From positions 1,504,001-1,568,000 of the forward strand of contig CAXXSR010000001.1 of NCBI GenBank assembly GCA_963662615.2: a stretch of 64,000 nt of DNA, read 5' to 3'. Positions 59,123 through 64,000 of the stretch are shown here, piece after piece. The DNA comes from Dehalococcoidia bacterium (GTDB lineage Bacteria; Chloroflexota; Dehalococcoidia; Bin125). The notes under the pieces were generated by a model, which saw only the letters and a list, made by a program, of their open reading frames with translations, did no database searches and had not been told where the DNA came from. Made by a program: the position numbers and the translations under genes. Numbering within the stretch: position 1 is the stretch's first letter; each line of letters starts with the position of its first letter.

Positions 59123-60336
59123 CTAGGAGCCCAAGCTGACCCGCATGACTTTGCCCCGTCGGGGCAGCACGACGGGCCGAAACTCCCGCAGCTCCCGCAG
59201 GGCGGCGGCGAGCGGCTCAGCGCCCTCGTACTCGACGATGACGTCCAGCCGGCCCCCCTGAAAGCGGAGTGGGCGAACCTCGCGCACGCCCTGCAGTGTC
59301 GCCACGGCTTCCATAAATTGCGTCAGTCGGGCGAGGGCGGGAGGCGGGTGGACGGCAAGGTGGATGGTCTGCACGGGGGCACCGCGCGGATCGGGGATGG
59401 GGGCGCCTCCATAGACGCCGCGGGTTGCGGCTTCGGCTGCGGTCCGGCCTGCGGGCGCGGCTCCAGGGGCGGCGGCCAGAGATCGGCCTGCCCGCTCTGC
59501 GCTGGAGTCGCAGAGGCCGCCGCGCCGGGCGCGCCGCGATCTTCGCCCGTTGCGCCGCCGGCGAAGGCTTGGAGAAGCTCCACCATCGCCTGCCGCGCGG
59601 CGGCCATGCCAGAGTTGGCGGCGGCCTCCTGATCGCGATCGGTGGGCCTTCCTGGGGAAGGCAGCATGGATTCAAGCCGTTCGGCGGCCCGGTCGAGGGC
59701 GCCGGCGGCGCTGCGAATCTGCCGCAGCAGCGTGGGGTTTCGGCCCGCCCTCGGCGGCGCCGGTGTCTGCGACGGGGTTTTCTGCGGCGGCGTTATCTGC
59801 GACGGTGGCCGCTCGTCTCCCGATCGAGAGGCCGCCGCGGCCGCCACAGGCCGGATCCCGCCGCGCTCGGTCAGGCGCTGCGGCCGGGCGATGCGCCCTC
59901 CCCGTGCGCCGGGCCGCGCGGCAGTCGGGGACGGCTGCGCCGCCGCCGGGCCGGCCGCCACGACGCCGCGTATCGTGCGGATCAGGGTGTCGATGGGCGT
60001 GTCCTTGAGCAGGAAGGCGTCCGCCCCCAGGGCCAGCGCCTGCGAGCGCCAGGTCGTTTCAGCGACGAAGTAGATGATCCGAGTGTCCGGGAGGCGGCGT
60101 TTGATCTGCTCGCCGGCCTCAATGCCGTTCATGACCGGCATCTCGATATCCAGCAGGACGACGTCCGGGCGCAGGGTCGCGGCGAGTTCGACCCCGGCAC
60201 GCCCGTCGCCGGCGTCAGCGACCAGCTCAATGCCCTCTTCCTGAGCGAAGAGCGTGCGGAGGGAGGCGCGCAGCGGGGCGTTGTCGTCCACGCTGAGCAC
60301 CCGGATAGGACGCGGCGGCTGGTTGACTCGCGCCAT
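59123..60336 (-). CDS. REC-domain protein with a long Pro/Ala linker and a small C-terminal alpha/beta domain (frameshift at 59375-59379)
   Basis: 'VLSVDDN', 'VVLLDIEMP', 'FLLKD'. The ORF 59123-59374 continues the protein after a one-base shift in a C5 run. Confidence 0.7.
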
Positions 60337-60495
60337 GGTTTCGGCTTGATCGTCGCCCGTTGCCGCGGGCGCCACAGGACCAAAGGACCGAAAGATCCTG
60401 GCCCTATGGTCCAGCTTAGCTATTGAACGCGAGCAGCGGCCCTAGGACTTGGGTCAGAGGCGGCTGAGAGTTGGGTGGGGATCGCTGCCGCGAGG

Positions 60496-61164
60496 TCAGG
60501 AGGCGTCCCGCTTGGCGGCGCTCACCAGGTTCTCTTGGAGGGCCGTGACGATGGCCTGGCTGCGGTCCCGCACGTTGAGCTTGCGATAGATGCTGGTGAG
60601 GTGGCTCTTCACGGTCTTCTCACTCACGACCAGGAGTTCGGCGATCTCCTGGTTGCTGCGGCCTTCGGCCAGCCGCTGCAAGACCTCAAGCTCGCGCGCA
60701 GTCAGCCGCTCCGGTGGCGGGCTCTGGCCCTGGCGCCCCATCTGCTGAAACTCACTCACCACCCGGTCCATCACGGAGCGGTCGAGCATGGACTCGCCGC
60801 GCATGACGGCGCGGATCGCCTCGGCCAGCTGGTCTGCGGAGACGTCCTTGAGGAGGTAGCCTCGCGCGCCGGCATGCAAGGCATCGAAGATGTAGCGGTC
60901 GTCGTCATAGTTGGAGAGGACGATCACCTCCGTGCTGGACTGCCGGGTACGGATTCGCTGCGTGGCCTCCACGCCGTCCATGCCGGGCATGCGCACGTCC
61001 ATCAGCACCACGTCCGGCGAGAGTGCCCGCGCTTGCTCCACGGCCTCCGCCCCGTCGCCGGCCTGGCCTACGATCTTCAGGTCGTCATAGAGGGCGATCA
61101 TCTGGGCGAGCCCTTCCCGCACGACGGGGTGGTCGTCCGCGATGAGGACGGTGATCGGAGTCAC
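60496..61164 (-). CDS. NarL/LuxR-family response regulator
   Basis: 'IADDHPVVREG', 'LMDVRMP', 'LTARELEVL...SNQEIA..LVVSEKTVKSH'. Confidence 0.95.
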   Translation of the reverse strand: MTPITVLIADDHPVVREGLAQMIALYDDLKIVGQAGDGAEAVEQARALSPDVVLMDVRMPGMDGVEATQRIRTRQSSTEVIVLSNYDDDRYIFDALHAGARGYLLKDVSADQLAEAIRAVMRGESMLDRSVMDRVVSEFQQMGRQGQSPPPERLTARELEVLQRLAEGRSNQEIAELLVVSEKTVKSHLTSIYRKLNVRDRSQAIVTALQENLVSAAKRDAS

Positions 61165-62723
61165 GGCGCGCCCTCCGTTCGGGGAATGGTGGCCTCTACG
61201 AGGGCGCCCGCACCTGGTCGGCTGACGATGGAGACAGTTCCGCGAAGGCGCTCGACCCGCTCCTGCATGCCGAGCAGGCCGAAGTGGCGGTCGCGAGCCG
61301 CGGCAGCGAGGGCTGCACCCGTGGCGAATCCCACGCCGTCATCCTGGATACGGAGGGTTATCTGATCCGCGCTGTATTCCAGGCCAAGGCGGACCGTGGC
61401 GGCGCGGGCGTGCTTCTGGACGTTGCTCAGCGCTTCACGGGCAATCAGAAAGAGCGCCTGCGCCGCCGGCTCCGGCAAGCGCTCTTGCCTGGCGGGGAGG
61501 TGGAGCTCCAGGGCGACGCCGGCCCGCCGGGCAAACTCTTGCGCGTACGCCTTGAGGGCGCCCACGAGGCCCAGCTCGCTCACATTGGCCAGGCGTAGGT
61601 CGAAGGTGAGACTGCGGAGCTGTCCGATCACGCGGCGCACCTCATCACGACTGCGCTGGATGGAGAGGGCGGCGCGCTGGGGCTCCCGCTGCAGGAGCTT
61701 CAGCGCCACTTCCGCTTCCATAGCCGCGGCAGTGAGTTGCTGCATGGGTCCGTCATGGAGTTCGCCGGCCAAGCGGCGGGACTCCGCCGCTCGCAGTGAC
61801 TCGAGATCGAAGGTTCGGTCTGCGGCGGTGGCGTCGGCTTGCCCCATTTCGAGAAGCACGGCGGCCGCCTCCAGGTCCGCCACGTCGAAGGGCGGCGGCT
61901 CGTGCCGCAGCAGGAGGAGGGCGCCCGACTGCCCGCCAGCGTGGGAAAAGGGGACGCCAACGACGTCAGTGGCGTCGGCGTCGCGCAGGCTGGTACCGGG
62001 GGGGAGAGCGGCGCGGGTCACAGGGGCCTCACGGGAGGCCGCCGCTTCGGCGAGCGCGCGCCGGACGGCCGCTGGAGCGGGCGCGGCGGCGGCGGGCCAC
62101 TCGCTGTAGGTCTCAGTGTGGTCGCCGTCCGCTACGAGCAGCGCGACCGTGGAGGCGTTCAGGAGACGTCCCGTGAGACTCAACGTCCAGGCGCCGACCG
62201 GCTCCGCCGTCGCCGTCCGGAAGGGGGCGGGGCCGGCGGGCGGCGCTGTGATGAGGAGGCCGGCCTGCAGTGCGGAGAGCGCGCTCTGAGGAGGCGCCTC
62301 CCAGAAGCCGCGCCCATCCGACGCGTGAAGGAGAAAGTCGGCGAGCGCAGCGGCGAAGCCCGCCAGGAGCCGGGCCCGGCCCCGTAGCAGGTGATCGGGC
62401 CGGCCAACAAGGATCAGCTGGCCGCGGGTCACTCCGTCCACAATGAGGGCCTGTCGCAGCACGGCCTGCAGGGGGCTCTGGGGATGCGGCCACGAGCGCA
62501 TAGTCGCGCTGGCCGGCCCCGACTCGTCCCCCAGCCGCTCGAGCGCCTCGTGCCAATCCTGCGGGACGGGCCTGACGGGGTCGTCGTACAGCTCGTCGTC
62601 CAGGATGACCGGGGCGGTCTCGGAGCCAATGAGGGTGAGGGCGCCGGCGGCGACGGCGGACATGAACGCCGGTCCGTCCGGCACGGTAAGGAGTTGCAGC
62701 GGCGCGATGCCTCGCTCTACCAT
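61161..62723 (-). CDS. Cytoplasmic HisKA_3 sensor histidine kinase with GAF-like N-terminal region
   Basis: 'RLAGELHDG', 'EALSNVQKHA', 'DDGVGF', 'GLLGMQER'. ATG at 62723 has a GGAG-type SD. Confidence 0.9.
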   Translation of the reverse strand: MVERGIAPLQLLTVPDGPAFMSAVAAGALTLIGSETAPVILDDELYDDPVRPVPQDWHEALERLGDESGPASATMRSWPHPQSPLQAVLRQALIVDGVTRGQLILVGRPDHLLRGRARLLAGFAAALADFLLHASDGRGFWEAPPQSALSALQAGLLITAPPAGPAPFRTATAEPVGAWTLSLTGRLLNASTVALLVADGDHTETYSEWPAAAAPAPAAVRRALAEAAASREAPVTRAALPPGTSLRDADATDVVGVPFSHAGGQSGALLLLRHEPPPFDVADLEAAAVLLEMGQADATAADRTFDLESLRAAESRRLAGELHDGPMQQLTAAAMEAEVALKLLQREPQRAALSIQRSRDEVRRVIGQLRSLTFDLRLANVSELGLVGALKAYAQEFARRAGVALELHLPARQERLPEPAAQALFLIAREALSNVQKHARAATVRLGLEYSADQITLRIQDDGVGFATGAALAAAARDRHFGLLGMQERVERLRGTVSIVSRPGAGALVEATIPRTEGAP

Positions 62724-63308
62724 CTCCACTTCCGACGAAAGTCTGACAGACGTTGATACGATGAAGCAGTTTAGCAATAAGGTCAAATCCGGGGATGAAT
62801 GAACGACCGCGCGCCGCAGGCGTGCCCTGGCTCTCTGGGTCGACGTGCCTCTCCCTGGCGACGCCGGCGCCACCCCTCCACAGCGAGTCCGGCGCTGCAA
62901 GGCGAGGCTGAGGTCGTATCGGGAAGCCATGGCGAAGGCGGGCCGAGAATCCGCCCGCGACGTTGGCCTTCCCGCCCCGTTCGTGGCAATAGCCAGGCGC
63001 CCGCATGACGATGACGCGACCAGATTGGGCATCGTTCGGACGCGAGCGGGCGGTTCAAGCCCGAAGTTGTGGTGCGGAAGCCTCGTTCGCGCTTGGCGCC
63101 GTCTGGTATTATCTCGTCTCGGTGCGGCGTACCGGGGCGAGCGTGACGTCCCTCTCGCCGGGACGACGGGGAGGGTGAGGCGGCCGGGGCGCGGTTCGCC
63201 TGCGCTGCCGCACCCGAGCGCGAGCCGCTCTGGGGCCGGCGGCGCGAGCTTGGTGCGCGGCAGCGTCTACAGCGGGGCGGGTGACCGTCCGCCGGGAAGG
63301 AAACGGCA

Positions 63309-63773
63309 ATGCCCAGAGGACGTGCGCAAGCCTCAGTCCGGACCCGAGCCGCGTACACGCAGCTGTACCGGACCTTTGCCTCGGTCGATCGGGCGCATGA
63401 GCGCTGGCTTGCCGGCGTAGGCAGCAACGGCGCTCGCTATGCCGTGCTGCATGCGCTCGCCAGCAGCGGCCGGGCCATGACGCCCTCGGAGGTGTCGGAT
63501 GAAACGGGCCGGAGCCCCAACGCCATCTCTCCCCTCCTGCGGGCGCTGCACGACGAGGGGCTGATCAAGCGCAGCCCAAACTCGAACGACCGCCGCTCGC
63601 ACTTCCTGGCGCTGACGGCGGCCGGGCGTCGCATGGCGCAGCGGCTGGCACGCGAGGAGAGCGCCTTCATTGAGGCCGCACTGGGCCGACGCTCATCGCG
63701 CGATCTGAGCGCGCTAGAGAAGAGCCTGCTCTCCATTGAGGAGCGTGCCGGCGCGATCCAGCGGTTGCGGTGA
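63309..63773 (+). CDS. MarR-family transcriptional regulator
   Basis: 'MTPSEVSDE', 'LHDEGLIKR', 'DRRSHFLALTAAG'. Confidence 0.9.
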   Translation: MPRGRAQASVRTRAAYTQLYRTFASVDRAHERWLAGVGSNGARYAVLHALASSGRAMTPSEVSDETGRSPNAISPLLRALHDEGLIKRSPNSNDRRSHFLALTAAGRRMAQRLAREESAFIEAALGRRSSRDLSALEKSLLSIEERAGAIQRLR

Positions 63774-63798
63774 GCGCGCGCGTTCGCCCCGGCTGCGC

Positions 63799-63999
63799 CT
63801 ATTCCGGCGGCGCCCCGATCCGATAGATTACGCCCCGACTAAAATCCGCAACGTAGAGGTTCGCGCCCGGCCCCACGGTGACGTCCAGCGGATTGCCAAA
63901 TCCGGTGGCGAACTCGCGCAAGGTGAGCGACCCGTCCGCCTCCAGCTTGGCGAACTGCACGCGCTTGCCAATTTCGGGATCCCCCGAGTTGGCGCCGAA
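63799..63999 (-). CDS. C-terminal end of a PQQ-dependent sugar/sorbosone dehydrogenase-like beta-propeller (partial, runs off the window)
   Basis: Translated by hand: '...FATGFGNPLDVTVGPGANLYVADFSRGVIYRIGAPPE*'. Confidence 0.7.
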   Translation of the reverse strand, partial: FGANSGDPEIGKRVQFAKLEADGSLTLREFATGFGNPLDVTVGPGANLYVADFSRGVIYRIGAPPE

Positions 64000-64000
64000 G

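Overview
High-GC (about 70% by eye) bacterial chromosome segment. Gene content (DUF6391, peptidase-MA lipoprotein-like gene, remA-gmk, EF-G2, split aromatic cluster) suggests Chloroflexota, probably Dehalococcoidia-like; this is inference. 1-36.5 kb is mostly core genome: prfB with its programmed +1 frameshift, folD, acpS, nnr, fabF, recJ, EF-G2-like GTPase, an amidase, tyrS-ribF-scpA, and a long minus-strand aromatic amino acid cluster (tyrA-aroA-remA-gmk, a T-box-like attenuator, trpE-CMD-trpG-D-C-F-B-CPBP-trpA-aroH-aroF). An accessory region starts at tRNA-Arg(UCU) (36604-36680). Its most striking feature is an integrase-free tandem array of two 1-1.5 kb single-gene cassettes. Each cassette ends in a collinear 140-bp attP-like arm plus a copy of the tRNA 3' half. 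One cargo is an OsmC-family protein with an in-frame UGA and a SECIS-like hairpin (probable selenoprotein); the other is an LLM flavin oxidoreductase. Further on are a CHASE-HK/REC/REC-GGDEF module bracketed by a duplicated caiB 3' end, a nonsense-interrupted restriction-endonuclease-like gene, acyl-CoA metabolism genes, an apparently orphan c-di-AMP (ydaO) riboswitch, DNA glycosylases and a NarL-type two-component system. Four genes have single-base indels in homopolymers, most likely sequencing errors. All calls come from reading the sequence and protein motifs; no database searches were run.
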